DNA of 64,000 nt from an uncultured Spirochaetota bacterium (GCA_963734495.1 CAVTHK010000007.1:256001-320000); one strand, 5' to 3'; numbered from the stretch's first letter, positions 42,590 to 55,439 are shown. Notes: generated by a model from the sequence alone, not told the origin. Numbers and translations are program-made.

Positions 42590-45500
42590 ATGCCGCCCTT
42601 CGATCCCCTGGTCGAGCGCTGGTTCCAGGACGAAGTCGGCCCCCCGACTCCGCTGCAGCGAAGGGCCTGGGATGCGATCGCAGGCGGAGCCCACGCCCTC
42701 GTCACGGCGCCCACGGGGTCCGGCAAGACGCTGGCCGCGTTCCTCTCGGCGCTCGACCGCCTGGTCACCGGCGCCTGGCCCGCGGGGACGACGCGTGTCC
42801 TCTACGTTTCCCCGCTCCGTGCGCTCAACAACGACATCCGCGAGAACCTCCTCGCGCCGCTCGCCGGCCTCGAGCGCCGTTTCCTCGCGTCGGGCCGCGC
42901 CTGGCCCGGGCCCCGCGTCGCCGTGCGCAGCGGCGACACCCCGCCTTCGGAGCGCCGCGCCCAGATCCGCCGCCCCGCCGAGATCCTGATCACCACGCCC
43001 GAGAGCCTCGCCATCCTGCTGTCGACGGTCGACGGGAGGGAAATGATGAAGGGGCTCCGCACGGTGATCCTCGACGAAATCCACGCGGTGGCGGGGTCGC
43101 GGCGGGGCGTGCACCTCCTGTCGTCGCTCGAGCGCATCACGCTGCTCGCGGGCGAGGTGCAGCGCATCGCGCTCTCGGCCACGGTCCGGCCGCTCGAACG
43201 GGTGGCCGCGTTCGTCGGCGGCTTCCTCCCCGACGGCGCCGCCCGCCGCGTCGAGATCGTCTCAGACCCTTCGGCCAAGCAGATCCGCCTCTCGGTGCAC
43301 GTGGCGACGCCGCGCGGTCCGACCGCGACGATCTGGGACGCCCTCTGCGAGGAGCTCCGAGGGCCGATCGCCGCCAACCGCTCGACCCTCGTCTTCGCCA
43401 ATTCGCGGCGGGCCGCGGAGAAGCTCGCACGCCTCCTGAACGACGCGGGCAGGGAGCCGGTCGCCTACTCCCACCATGGCAGCCTCTCGCGCGAGATCCG
43501 CGCCGTGGTCGAGCGGAGGATGAAGGAAGGCTCGCTCCCCGCCATCGTCGCCACCAACTCCCTCGAGCTCGGCATCGACATCGGCGCCCTCGACGAGGTG
43601 ATCCTCGTGCAGACGCCGCCTTCGGTCGCCTCGGCCCTGCAGCGCATCGGCCGCGCGGGCCACCGCATCGGGCAGGAGAGCCGGGCGCGCCTCTACCCGC
43701 TGCACGGCAGGGACCTGCTCGAGGCGGCGGCGATGGCGGACGCGGTCCGCGAGCAGGACATCGAAGAAGTCCGCATCCCCGCGAGCCCGCTCGACGTGGC
43801 CGCGCAGGTCGTCCTTTCCGCGTGCGCGGTCGAGACCTGGCGCATCGACGAGCTGTACGCGTTCCTCCGCAGGATCGCCCCGTTCCGCGACCTCACGCGC
43901 GAAGCCTTCGCGTCCGTGCTGGACATGCTCTCGGGAAGGGTCGGGCCGCGCCGCGTCCGCGACCTCCCGGTGCGCCTCGTCGTCGACGAAGCCGAAGGCA
44001 CCGCGCGCGCCGCCGACGGGGTCGCGCCGCTGCTGCGCATCTCCGGCGGAACGATCCCGGACCGCGGCCTCTTCACGCTGCGCCTCGAAGGCAGCGGGAC
44101 CAGGATCGGCGACCTCGACGAGGAGTTCGTCTGGGAGCGGAAGGCCGGCGACACCTTCGGGCTCGGCGCCCAGAGCTGGGTGATCCGGCGCATCGACGAT
44201 CAGCAGGTGTTCGTGGCGCCGGCGCCCGAAAAGGCCGGCTTCTCGCCGTTCTGGCGCGCCGACCCGCTCGGCCGCGACTTTCGATTCGCCGAGCGGGTCG
44301 CGCGCCTGCTCGAGTCGCTCAACGGCCGGCTCGAAGACCCGGCAACGGCCGGCAGAGATGGCTGAGCGGATGGGCGGCTCGCGCGAGGCGGCCGAAGCGC
44401 TGCTCGCCACGCTGCGCCTGCAGCGGCAGGTCACCGGGTGCGACCTCCCTCACAGGCGGCACCTCGTGCTCGAGCACGTGGCCGACCCCGCGGGCTACGA
44501 GAAGCGCGGCAGGCCGTCGGGCGTCACGTCGGTCACGGTGATCCACACCTTCTGGGGCGGCCGGGTGAACCGGACGCTCGCGTTCCTGCTCGCCGACGCG
44601 CTGGAGGAGCGGCTCGGCGCGAGGGTGACCGTCTACCACGACGAGGCCGCGGTGATGGTCGGCGTCCCCGCCGGGATGCTCTCCTTTGGCAGCGACGAGC
44701 TCCTGGCGCTCGCGCGGCCCGAGGAGGTCGAGCGGCGCGTCACGACGCGCCTCCTGGCGAGCGGCCTCTTCGGCGCGCGCTTCCGAGAGGCCGCGCAGAT
44801 CGCGCTCCTCCTGCCGCGGCCGGGTCCGCAGACGCCGGATGCCGCTGTGGCTGAACCGCCTTCGCGCGCGCCGGCTGCTCGAGGCGGTGCGCGACGCGGG
44901 CGCCTTCCCTCTCGTGACCGAGGCGCTGCGAGGCTGCCGGGACCAGGACTGCGACCTCGCCACGCTCAGGGACCTGCTGCAGGAGCTGCAGGGCGGCGAG
45001 ATCAGGCTGAGCGAGGTGCGGACCGCCTCCGCCTCGCCCTTCGCCTCCGGGCTCGCGTGGCAGCAGACCGGGACGTTCATGTACCAGGACGACACGCCCT
45101 GGCGCCCTCCGGAGGCTTCCATCTACAGGGAGGTCATCGAGTCGTCGGACCTCCGCCCGTCGCTCGACCCGGGGCTCGTGGCGAGCTTCGAGGAGCGCCT
45201 GCGGCGCCTCGCCCCCGGATACGCGCCCGCTGATGCGCGGGAGCTCGAAGACTGGGCGGCCGAGCGCCTGCTGGTCCCGCAGGCGGAATGGGAGAGCCTG
45301 CTCGCGGCGTGCGAGCGCGACGGGGCCGGGCCCCGGGATCGCTGCTGGCGCAGGCCGGCCCCGACCTCGCGCTGCTTGCGCTGGGCGGGGAGCGATTCGT
45401 CCTCGCGCGGCGCTCGATCCCGCGCCTGCGCAGGGCGCTCGGACCGATCGCGCCCGCGCCGCTCGAGGCCGCGAGCCCGCGGATCGATGCGTCCGGGCCG

Positions 45501-47029
45501 GCCGGCAACGAAGAGGACTTCCTCGCCTTTGTCGAGGAATGGATCGCGTTCTCCGGCCCGTTCCCGCCGGCGATGCTCGCGGCCGCGGCCGGGCGGCGCG
45601 GCCTGTCCGCCGAGGAGCTGGTGGACCGGCTGGTGGAGCGCGACTCGGCGGTGGCCGGCGCCCTGGTCCGCGGCGGACCGGCCGTCCTCGTGTGCGACCG
45701 CACGAACCTCGAGCGGCTGCTCGCGCTCGCCCGCCGCGCCGCCCGGCCGCTCGATCGCCCCCCAGCCCGCGAAGCGGCTGCAGCTCTTCGTGGCGGCGAT
45801 GCAGGGGCTCGCGCGGCCGGGAAGCCGCGCGGCGGCCCGCCGCCGGCCCGGCGCCCGCGCCGGAGCGCGCCGTCGCCGCGGCCCTCGACCCGCTCTTCGG
45901 CTACCCGCTGCCGGCGGACCTGTGGGAGACGGCGGTGCTGCCGGCCCGCGTGCCCGGCTACCGGCCGGCCTGGCTCGATGCCCTGCTGCACGACACCGAC
46001 CTCATCTGGCTGGGGGTGAAGAAGAGCCGGCTCGACCTTCTGCCTCGAGCAGGAGCGATCGCTCTGGTCGCGCGCGAAGGCCGCTCGGAGACGCTGTTCC
46101 CCGACCCCCAGGCTCGCTACGCGTTCTGGGAGCTCGCCGAGAGGACCGGGCCTCGCGAGCGCCGAGCTCACGCGCCGTCTCTGGGCGCTCGCCTGGGAAG
46201 GGCCTCGCGACGACCGACAGCTTCGCGGCGGTGCGCCGCGGCGCCGCCGTCGGGTTCGAGGCGGAGGCCGCCGTGGAGCCGGGAGGCGAGCCGGGGCCGG
46301 CGGCAGCCCGTCGCGGCCGCAGGCTCGGCTTCGACCGCTGGCTCACGTCGCGGCCGGCCGACGGCGCCTGGCGCTCCCTGCCGCCGCCCCGCAGCCGCGG
46401 GACGCGGTGGACGAGGCCGAGCGGGACGACGATCTGATCTACCAGATCCTCGATCGCTATGGTATCGTGTTCCGCGCGCTGCTCGCGTGGGAGCTGCCCG
46501 CACGTCAGGTGGGGCCGCCTCTTCCGGCAGGCTGCGCGTGCTCGAGCTGGCGGGCGAGGTCGTCGGGGGCGTCTTCTTCGAGGGGATCGAGGGGCCCCAG
46601 TTCGTCTCGCCGGCCGGCCTGCGCGCCCTGGGCGAGGGGCTGCCCGAGGGAGCCTTCTACTGGATGAGCGCCGCGGACCCTGCGTCGCTGTGCGGCGTCC
46701 GCGTGGCCGGGCTCGCGCTGCCGCGCCGCCTGGCGGGCACGCTGCTCGCGTACGCGGGCGCGCGACCTGGTGCTCGTCGCGCGGCGCGAGGGCGCCGACG
46801 TCGACGTCATGGTCGATCCGGACGACCCGCGGCTCGCGGGAGCGCTGGCCGCCCTCGGCGGGATCGTCGCGCGCGAGGTGCGGCCCGTGCGCCTCCTGAG
46901 GATCGAGCGGATCAACGGGGCGGGCGCCGGCGCGAGCCCGTACAAGGCCGCGCTGCGTGGCTGCCGGGATTCCGCGACGAGGGCCGCGCCCTGAGCCTCA
47001 GGCCCGAGCTGTTGTGGAACCGAAGATAA
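42590..47029 (+). CDS. lhr: Long Lhr ATP-dependent helicase (many frameshifts)
   Basis: APTGSGKT, DEIH, LSAT, QRIGRAGH, SGGTIPDRG, DLDEEFVWE; C-terminal LDRYGIV, GPQF, SAADPA split across frames. Confidence 0.85.
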
Positions 47030-47048
47030 GATAGGGACGAGAGGAAAA

Positions 47049-48443
47049 ATGCCGCACCCGCACCGCACTTCGATCTGGATGGCTTTCGTCATGGGCCTGG
47101 CGTTCTTCGCGATGATCGTCGCCGACGTCGACGCGTGGACACTCTTCGTGGACGACGGGCGCCGCGCGCTCGCCGTGAGCCTGCTGGGCACCGAGGTCGG
47201 CGGCGCGCACGACCGCGCCTACCTCGACGAGCTGCTGGAGCTGCTGCTCCCGTCGGTCGGCTCGACTCCCGACGAGACCAGCGGATGGGTTACCACGCGG
47301 GAGGCTCCCGCTCAAGGAGAGCGTCTTCGAGCTCCACGCCCGGCTGCGCGCGCACCTCGAGGAGCTGCTCACGACGCACGAGGCGGGCTTCGCGGTCATG
47401 GTGGGCGGGGAGCCCGTCGTGACGGTCGCGAGCGCGGGCGATGCCCGCGAGGTGGTGACCGGATCTCATCAACCGCTTCACGCCGCAGGCCGGCCGAAGG
47501 CGAGACGATCCAGGGACCTCGACGTGCGGACCGCGGAGCGGCTCGCGGTGGAGCCGGCCCTCACGGCCGCGGGCGGCGGTGATGTCGGCCGCCGACGCCC
47601 TCGCCTACCTGCTCGCCGGCACGCGCGAGCGGCGGGTCTACCAGGTCGAGCGCGGCGAGGTGCTGAGCACGATCGCGGCGCGCAACTCGATGAGCATCGA
47701 CGAGGTCGTGCGGGCGAACCCCGGCCTCGATCCCGACCGGATCTACCCGGGGCAGGTCATCAACCTCATCGTGCCGAAGCCGCTCGTGAACGTCGAGGCG
47801 CACTACGTGCGCGTCTACCGCCGCGCCATCCCGTTTCCCGTGTCGGTGACCTGGAACGCGGCATGTACCGCACCGACCGCCGCGTCGACAGGGCCGGCAC
47901 CGTCGGGGAGAAGGAGATCACCGAGGACGTCGTGACCGGGAACGGGGAGGTGGCGAGCGACCAGGGTCCTGAAAGACGTCGTGCTCCGCTGGCCGCAGAC
48001 CCAGTTCATGACGATCGGAACGAAGCGCACGCCCGAGGACGTTCTGGGCGACACGATCGCCGACGGCGAGGTCGCGATGCTCACGAGCGAGTTCGGCCGG
48101 CGCTGGGGCCGCATCCATGCCGGGGTGGACTGGGCGATGCGCGCCCGGCACGCCCGTGCACGCCTGGCGCGACGGGACGGTCAAGTTCGAAGGGCTCGTA
48201 GTCGGCTACGGCCGGCTCATCATCGTCGAGCACCCGGGCGACTACGTCACCTACTATGCGCACCTCAGCCGGTTCAACACGACCGTCGGCGCCACCGTGA
48301 GCGCGGGCCAGGTCATCGCGTTCTCGGGCAACACGGGCAACAGCACCGGTCCCCACCTGCATTTCGAGATCCGGCAGGACGGCCGCCTCCTCGACCCGAT
48401 CGCGGTCCTGTCCAAGGAGCAGCCGGCCGTCGGAGGCCCGTAG
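47049..48443 (+). CDS. LysM/G5/M23 cell-wall peptidase (frameshifted)
   Basis: LysM YQVERGEVLSTIA...IYPGQVINL; M23 HAGVD, YAHLS, GNSTGPHLHFE. Confidence 0.82.
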
Positions 48444-48446
48444 GCG

Positions 48447-51372
48447 CTACACGGGCACCGGCGTCGAGCGAGCGAGCAGGGCGCCGAGCGCGCGCCTCCT
48501 CGCGGGCCGCGGCTTCGACGGCTTCGCGGCTGGACATGACCACGGTGCCGGCCCCTCCGAGAGCCGCGAGCAGACGGCCGGCCGCCGCCGCCACCCCCGC
48601 GGCCGTCACGCGAAAGAGGGCATCGCGCCGGGCCTGGCGGAGCTCGTCGTTGACGCCGAAGAGCACCCTGCTCAGGCTGGCCATCCCTTTGTCCCCCGGC
48701 GCCATCGGGCGCGAGTCCCTGCCCACGCAGCCGATGACCGCCTCGCGTGTCTCCGCTTCCCCGGCGGCCCCGGAGGCGACGCTCTCGAGCGCGCCGCGAA
48801 AGGCGCGCAGCGTCGCCACGATGTTGGGGTCCCGGTACGTGGAAAAGGTGAAGAGACGGTCCAGGCCGCTCGCCGAGGCCGACGCGCCGTAGGCGCCTCC
48901 GCGCGTCCTGATCGCCTCCCACAGCGCTCCCGTGGACAGCAGGTGGGCGACCACGGACTCTTGCGCGTTCTCGGGGGTCCCGAAGGGCGCGGCTTCGAGC
49001 GACTGCGCGACGTAGCCCACGGATGCCGGGATGATCAGCGACTCGTGCGTCGCCCCGGCGCGATCCGGCTTCGGACACGGCCGGCGCCGGCCCCGCTTTC
49101 CCGCCGGCCGCGCGGGCGCGTCCGAACCGGTCGATCAGCGGCACGACCTCCTCGAGCCCCTCGCCCGTGAGGCCGGCGGCGGCCGGGCCTCGCAGCACCG
49201 CCGACCGCAGCTCACCGAGCGCGCCGCGGATGCCTTCAATTTGACTCTCAGGGTCGAGGCCGAGCTGGAACAGGACCTGCGAGATCCCTTCCCACTCCTC
49301 CTCCAGCGCGAGGGAAGGCCGCATGCGCGAGCCCGCGCGCAGCGCCGCATAGCGGCTGCCTCCCGGGATCACCGAAGCGCGCAAGCGGTTCCGGCTCTCG
49401 CGGACGAGATCCGTGAGCCGCGCGGTGTCGAGCGAGGTCGGCCCGCTGGACGAGCGCCGCGGCCAGGTCGACCGCGGCCGCGAGGTTCGGCCGCAGCGCC
49501 TTGAGCCGGAAGACCAGGTAACTGCCGACGCGGCCGTCCACCGACAGGCCCGTGTCGACGCGCGCGGAGAAGCCCTCCCGACACCAGCGCCAGGTCCCGC
49601 GCGACGAGGTCGTACGGACCGCCCGGGCAGCCCCATCCCCGTCACCGCGCGGGCGAGCAGCGGGACGAAGGGCCGGACGGCGGGCGGGATCGCCGCGAGC
49701 GCGTACACGAGGTCGAGGTAGACGATGCCTCCGGCGAACAGCCCGTGCCTGTGCAGGCTGCCGCCGCCGGGCAGGGCCGACGTCTCGCGCGGGACGCGCT
49801 CGACCTCCCGCGGGAGATCGGAGATCTCCAGGCGCGGGAGCGACGCGAGGGCCTCCGGCGAGTCGGGCGCCTGCTGGAAACGCGCGAGCCGCTCGGCGCT
49901 CTGCCGCACGCGCCGCATCTCGTCCGGGGCCCATGGCCGCCGCGGTCGCGCGCAGGCGCGCCGCGTGCTCCTCCTGCTCGCGCTCGACCCCGCCGGGCTC
50001 GGGGCTGACGACGAGCGTCGAGCGGTGCGGGTTCTCGATGAGCCACGAGCGGATCAGGCCTTCGAGGTAGCCTTCGGGGGCGCGCCTGCGGACTTCGCGG
50101 ATCCACGGGTCGAACGCCAGCGTCGTCTCCGGCCCGGCCCCGTGCAGCCACCCGCGCAGCGCGCGCCTCATCAGCTCGAGGGCGTGCGGCCCGCCCGAGC
50201 GCCGGATCTCGCGGTTGCGGAACTCGGCCCTCTGCAGCGCGGCCTCCAGGCCGTCGCGCGGTATCCCCGCGGCGAGGTGATCGAGGCTCTCGAGGACGAG
50301 GGCCTCGATGGCGGCGCGCCGGTCGGTCTCGGTGCCCCGCAGGCCGGCGGAAAAGACCGGCCACCGGAGCTCGGTGTCGAGCCCCGAGGCGGGCGAGAGG
50401 TCCTCGCCGAGCCGCGACTCGACGAGCGCCTTTCGCAGCGGCGAGCCGGCGTTGCCGAGCAGAAGCTCCTCGATGACCTCGAACGCGGCCACCGCCTGCC
50501 CGTCGGTGGCCTCGGCGAGCCGCCAGTTCAGCACGACCGAAGTCCTCCGGGCGGTCGGGTCCGATGCCCCGACGGGAAAGGTCTTTGCGATCACGCGCGG
50601 CGCGTCCCACGCCGCAGGCGCGTCCACCTCCGAATCGGTCGGCGCGCGGTCGAAGCCCGCGAGGAGCTCCGCGTCGATGAACGCGAGCAGCTTCTCGGTC
50701 GGGACCGGGCCATGGAGAAAGATGCGCGCGTTCGACGGATGATAGAACCTGCGGTGATAGTCGAGAAACTCCTCGTAGGAGAGCCGCGGGATGAAGGCCG
50801 GGTCTCCGCCGGAATCGCGGCCGTAGGTCGCGTCGGGGAAGAGGGTGCGGTGCACCCAGCGGCCGACCGCCGCCTCGGGGTTGGAGTAGACGCCGCGCAT
50901 CTCGTTGTAGACCACTCCCACGAGCCTGAGGCCGGAATCGCCTTCGGGCTCGAGCCTGTGCGCCTCCTGGTCGAAGACCTCGCGGGTCAGCCGCGGCGCG
51001 AACACGGCGTCGCCGTAGACCTTGAACAGGTTGAAGAAGTCCTTCTCGACGGTGCTGGCGCCCGGGTAGACGGTTTTGTCGGGAAAGGTCCAGGCGTTGA
51101 GGTAGGTGCTCATGCTGCCCTTGAGCAGCTGCACGAAGGGGTCCTTGAGCGGGGAAGCGCTTCGAGCCGCAGAGCACCGAGTGCTCGATGATGTGCGAGG
51201 TCCCCTTGTCGTCGAGCGCGGGCGTGCGGAAGACGATGGCGAAGGTGCTCTCCTCGTCGTCGGCGGCGAGGTGCACGAGATCGAGCCCCGTGCGCTCGTG
51301 CTCGTAGCGGCGGAGGACCGACCGGTGCTCGGCGAGCTCGATTTCAGAGACGGGCGAGAATCCGTGCGGCAT
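48447..51372 (-). CDS. M16C insulinase/presequence-type metalloprotease (frameshifted)
   Basis: HIIEHSVLCGS (HxxEH), LNAWTFPDKTVYP, VVYNEMRG, YHPSNA, IRTRGGAYG, TYRDP. Confidence 0.88.
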
Positions 51373-51482
51373 GGGCGCCTCCGTGGGTGCTTTGACCCGG
51401 TGTACTCACCGGGCTCCAATATGCCCACACGGGGCGGCGGGTGCAAACCGCGCCGGGCGGCGCCGCCCGGCCCCGCCCGGCC

Positions 51483-52661
51483 TCAGGTGTAGCCGGGCAT
51501 CACGATGCGGAACTCGGTGCCGCGGCCGATCTCGCTCGACACCGTGACGTTGCCTTCGTGCGCTTCGACGATGCTCTTGACGATGGACATCCCGAGCCCG
51601 GTGCCCCCGCCGCTCGAAGCGGAGAAGAACGGCTCGAAGATCCGCTCCCTGATCTCCCGGCTCATCCCGACCCCCGTGTCGCGCACCGCGAGCACGTAGG
51701 AGCCGCCGTGCTGCTCGACGCTGATCGCGAGGGTGCCGCCTTCGGGCATGGCCTTGCGGGCGTTCTCCGCGAGATTGTGCAGGGCGCGCAGCATCCTCTC
51801 GCGGTCGAGGAGGACCGGGCCGCGGTAGCCGACCTTCGTTTCGAGGCTGATGCCCCGGGCGCGGAGCTTCTCCCCGAACTCCTCCGCCACCTCGGCCACG
51901 AGGTCGCCGAGGTCCACGATCTGGAGATTCAGCCGAATGTCGCCGCGGGAGTAGTCGAGCAGGTCGCCCGCGATGCGGTTGAGCCTGTCCGCTTCGCCGA
52001 TGATCCGCTTCGCGTCTCGCACGATCCGCTCGCGGTCCTCGGGGTGGTTGAGCATCATCTCGGCATAGCCGCGCACCACGGAGACCGGATTGCGTATGTC
52101 GTGCAGGATCAGCGAGGCGAGCTTGCCGATGGTGGAGAGGCGCTCGGCGCGCAACAGCTCCCCCTGCGCGCTCTTGAGCTCGCGATAGGCGACCTCGAGG
52201 TCGCGGCTGCGCGCGTGCAGGTTCTCGACGAAGCTCTCGTTGCTCCGCCTGACCATGAGAGAGAGGCTCTTGAGCACGGAGATCGCGATCGGGCTGTTCT
52301 CGTGGATGATGCGGTGAAAGTCGTCGCGCTCCATGGACAGCAGGCGGGTGGTCCCGCGCGCTCTCACCGTCGCGCTGCGCGGCAGGTCGTCGACGAGGGC
52401 CATCTCCCCGAACAGGTGCCCGCGGCCCCTCACCGCCAGGAGGTCGCCCGCCTCTTCCGCGCGTGCCTGAAAGTCCTTCCAGATCTCGACCTCGCCGTCG
52501 AGGACGATGCAGAAGCGGCTGCCGCGCTCGCCCTCGCGAAAGACGATCTCCCCGTCGGCGTAGCTTACCTCGGTGCACGCCTCGCCGATCTGCCCGATCT
52601 CCTCGGGGCTGAGGTCGCTGAAGAAATACACTTTCTTGAGGAACTCGAAGTATCGGCTCAT
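51483..52661 (-). CDS. Soluble histidine kinase with N-terminal cNMP-binding domain
   Basis: FGEMALVDDLPRSATVRA cNMP pocket; H-box LHDIRNP; N, G1, F, G2 boxes. Confidence 0.92.
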   Translation of the reverse strand: MSRYFEFLKKVYFFSDLSPEEIGQIGEACTEVSYADGEIVFREGERGSRFCIVLDGEVEIWKDFQARAEEAGDLLAVRGRGHLFGEMALVDDLPRSATVRARGTTRLLSMERDDFHRIIHENSPIAISVLKSLSLMVRRSNESFVENLHARSRDLEVAYRELKSAQGELLRAERLSTIGKLASLILHDIRNPVSVVRGYAEMMLNHPEDRERIVRDAKRIIGEADRLNRIAGDLLDYSRGDIRLNLQIVDLGDLVAEVAEEFGEKLRARGISLETKVGYRGPVLLDRERMLRALHNLAENARKAMPEGGTLAISVEQHGGSYVLAVRDTGVGMSREIRERIFEPFFSASSGGGTGLGMSIVKSIVEAHEGNVTVSSEIGRGTEFRIVMPGYT

Positions 52662-53044
52662 GAATGGCGGCGACCGTACAGCTCTTCGATGTACTGCTTG
52701 GTGTTGTCGATCCTCGTGTGCGATATCGTGCAGCGGCCCTCGAGCACGACGCCGTCCTGGATGATGAGCTCGGGCGTCTTGATGTCGCCGAGGACCCTCG
52801 CGGTCGCGAGCAGCAGGACCCTGCGGCTGGCGCTGATGTTGCCGATCACCACGCCTTCGATGACGACGCTGGTGGCGGTGATGCTGGTCTTGACGCGCGC
52901 CCGGGGTCCCACCGCGAGCTGGTCGACCAGGAGCGCTTCGCCCTCGAAGCGGCCGTCGATCTTGAGGTTGCCCCTCACCGCGAAGCGGCCTTCGAAAGCC
53001 GAGCTCTCCCCGATCGTCGAACCGGTCTCGACCGGAATCTGCAC
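52658..53044 (-). CDS. Bactofilin (second paralog)
   Basis: TIGESSAFEGRF...IDGRFEG...VIEGVVIGNISA...VLGDIKTPELIIQDG. Confidence 0.9.
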   Translation of the reverse strand: MQIPVETGSTIGESSAFEGRFAVRGNLKIDGRFEGEALLVDQLAVGPRARVKTSITATSVVIEGVVIGNISASRRVLLLATARVLGDIKTPELIIQDGVVLEGRCTISHTRIDNTKQYIEELYGRRHS

Positions 53045-53048
53045 CGCC

Positions 53049-53822
53049 CTACTCCTGCGCCTCGAACTCGGGGATATTGAGGAAATCGATGACCTCGGAC
53101 GCGTAGCCGCGCATCTGCTTGAGGGCGTCCACCACCCGCACTCCGTCGAGGTGACGCCTGCCTTCGACCGCTTCGAAGCGCACGGTGGTCGTGCCGTTGA
53201 GGCACTTGAACCCGTCCGTCTCGACGTCCTCGATCAGGTCGCTCGCGAAGGCGACGATGGCCTTGAAGAAACGATGAGCCTCGACCGCCACGCTGCGGTG
53301 CATCTTGAAGGCGCGCCTGTGCGCCTCCTCGCGCAGCTCGGGGCGGTGCTCCCCGCGCTCGTTCTTCAGCATCTCCTGCCTGAGGTCCTCGAGCTTCCGT
53401 TGCAGGTCCTGATAGCGCCCGTAGAAGCCGTCGCGCTCGAGCGAATACTTGAAATCGAGCTTGAGCTGCCGCTCGCTGAGCAGGACCAGGTACTCGGCCC
53501 CGAAGCAGCGCAGGTAGGTCGTGAGGGCGGCGGTCTCCCGGTCCGACCCGTCGGCGGGACCGCAGAGGCTGCTGGCCAGGGCCAGGTAGGAGTAGCGCTC
53601 GAGGGGGTCCGGCGCCGCCTCGGGCTCCCCCGCATCCTGCTGCCCGCCGAGCTCGAAGGTCCTGCGCAGCCTGTCCCGATAGAGGCGCAGGGACTTCAGC
53701 TTCTCGAAGACGCGGCCCTGCTGAGCGGGATCGACGGCGGTTCGGAGAACCCCTTCGTACTGCCTGATGACCCGTTCGAGCTTCGCGAGCTCCTCCTGGG
53801 GGTTGCCGAGGTCATCCGCCAT
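53049..53822 (-). CDS. Hypothetical helical protein
   Basis: Protein-like ORF directly upstream of the bactofilin gene. Confidence 0.8.
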   Translation of the reverse strand: MADDLGNPQEELAKLERVIRQYEGVLRTAVDPAQQGRVFEKLKSLRLYRDRLRRTFELGGQQDAGEPEAAPDPLERYSYLALASSLCGPADGSDRETAALTTYLRCFGAEYLVLLSERQLKLDFKYSLERDGFYGRYQDLQRKLEDLRQEMLKNERGEHRPELREEAHRRAFKMHRSVAVEAHRFFKAIVAFASDLIEDVETDGFKCLNGTTTVRFEAVEGRRHLDGVRVVDALKQMRGYASEVIDFLNIPEFEAQE

Positions 53823-53829
53823 GGGCGTC

Positions 53830-53860
53830 AAAAAAAGCCCTCACGGAGGCGAGGGCTTTC
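53830..53860 (-). terminator. Rho-independent terminator after the flaA pair
   Basis: Minus strand AAAGCCCTCG-CCTC-CGTGAGGGCTTT hairpin followed by a T run. Confidence 0.8.
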
Positions 53861-53884
53861 GGTCGGTGAAGCCCGCGCCTGGGC

Positions 53885-54610
53885 TCACCAGATGTCCTGC
53901 ATATCATCCTGGTCCCGGTCCTTCTCCAGGAACAGATCGCTCACGACGCTCAGGTCGTCGAAGTACATGTAGTAGCGGCCGTAGGACTCGTCGAGGTCGC
54001 AGTCGATCCTGAAGCCGAGGAACTGCAGGCCGTTCCTGGCCGCGTAGTGATAGTCCGCTTGCTTGATCGTCGGCGGGATGGCCACGGTCATGCGCTTCCA
54101 GCCCAGAAAGTTGAGCTTGCCGACCGTGACCTCCATCTTGGCGCCCGCGGCGTCCGCGAGCAGGACCTTGAGCGTGTGGTTAAAGTTGCGCCCGACGACC
54201 CAGACCGACAGCGTCTTGGTGATCCCTTCGATGGCGAGCGGCCGCAGCGGATACACCGCGAACCAGTCCTTGCCCCTCCTGATGAAGTCGACCTTGACGC
54301 CGAGGACGGACATGCCGGCGGGGATGCCGACCTCTTTCTCCATCGCGAGGCGGTCGGCGTCGAGCGTCGTTTTCTGGCCCGGCGTTCCGACCAGACGCCG
54401 GATCTGGATGACGCCCTGGTCGGACGGCATGAAAGCGCTCCAGAACGACGCGTCCTCGAACTGGGACACCGTGATCGGGCTCAGGTTCTGCTGCGCCGCG
54501 TCGATGCCCGTCCTCGAGGGAGTGGGCTCCCCGACCGGCGCGCCGTACGACTGCGCGAAGATGGGTGCGATCGCCAGCGCCAGCACGGCCGCGGCAGCTA
54601 CAGTCTTCAT
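53885..54610 (-). CDS. flaA: Periplasmic flagellar sheath protein FlaA
   Basis: Signal peptide; LGVKVDF, LSVWVVGRN, LNFLGWK, YYMYFDDL..VSD. Confidence 0.88.
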   Translation of the reverse strand: MKTVAAAAVLALAIAPIFAQSYGAPVGEPTPSRTGIDAAQQNLSPITVSQFEDASFWSAFMPSDQGVIQIRRLVGTPGQKTTLDADRLAMEKEVGIPAGMSVLGVKVDFIRRGKDWFAVYPLRPLAIEGITKTLSVWVVGRNFNHTLKVLLADAAGAKMEVTVGKLNFLGWKRMTVAIPPTIKQADYHYAARNGLQFLGFRIDCDLDESYGRYYMYFDDLSVVSDLFLEKDRDQDDMQDIW

Positions 54611-54622
54611 CCGATTCGCTCC

Positions 54623-55439
54623 TTACCGGTCCCAGGTCGTGCCCCAGACCTTCTGGAGGGTCTGCGGATCCTCCAGCTCGTCTCCGTCGTACCGGGATTC
54701 GTACAGATCGGTCAGCACCTTGAGGTGGTCGAAGTAGACGTAGAAATCGTCGACCCGCTCCTCCGGCCTCGTCCAGAGCGTGAACTTGGTCAGCCTCAGG
54801 TTGCGGAAGCGCGGCACGGTGGCCGCGGACTGCGACAGATAGGCGGGGATCTCGATCCTCAGATCCTTCCACCCGAAGAAGTTGAGGTCCCCCATCTTGA
54901 TCACGTAGTCGATGCCGCGCCAGTCTTCGAGGTGCACGTCGAGGTAGTACTTGAGGTTTGAGCCCCAGACCCACAGGTCGAGGTAGAAGACCTTGCCGGG
55001 CAGCTCGATCGGCCGCGAAACGTACTTCTTTCCGCTCGAGATGTCCTGGTAGACAATCGTCGACGGGTCGGCGTCGGCGGGCGCCTCGCCCGCGGGCACG
55101 ATCTCGATAAAGTTGTATCCGCGGCGATCGAACTTGCCGTGGATGCCCAACGTGCCGCGGTCCTGCTTGTCTCCGGAGCGGCCGAAAAGGGCGAGCGGAT
55201 AGCCCGGGCACGGCGGCGGTGACCGGGTACATCCGCGTGGCCTTGCCGTTCTGGTCCCTCTCGATGGTCGTGAACTTGCTGCCGCGCGCGATCCAGCGGC
55301 TCGTCGGATTGGAGTCGAAATCCTCGATGACTCGGGACTCGAGGTTGGCTGTGGGCAGGCCCTGTGCGCCCGCGATGTACGCGGCGGCTGCGAATATCTG
55401 CACGAACAAGCATCTCGCGAACCTTGTGCCGGCTGCCAT
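54623..55439 (-). CDS. flaA: Periplasmic flagellar sheath protein FlaA (frameshift near 55190)
   Basis: WIARGSKF, LDLWVWGSN, LNFFGWK, FYVYFDHLKVLTD. Confidence 0.85.

Noticed and set aside
42590..47029. Lhr as part of an anti-phage defence island
   Set aside because: No nuclease, methylase, toxin or mobile neighbours; composition matches the core genome
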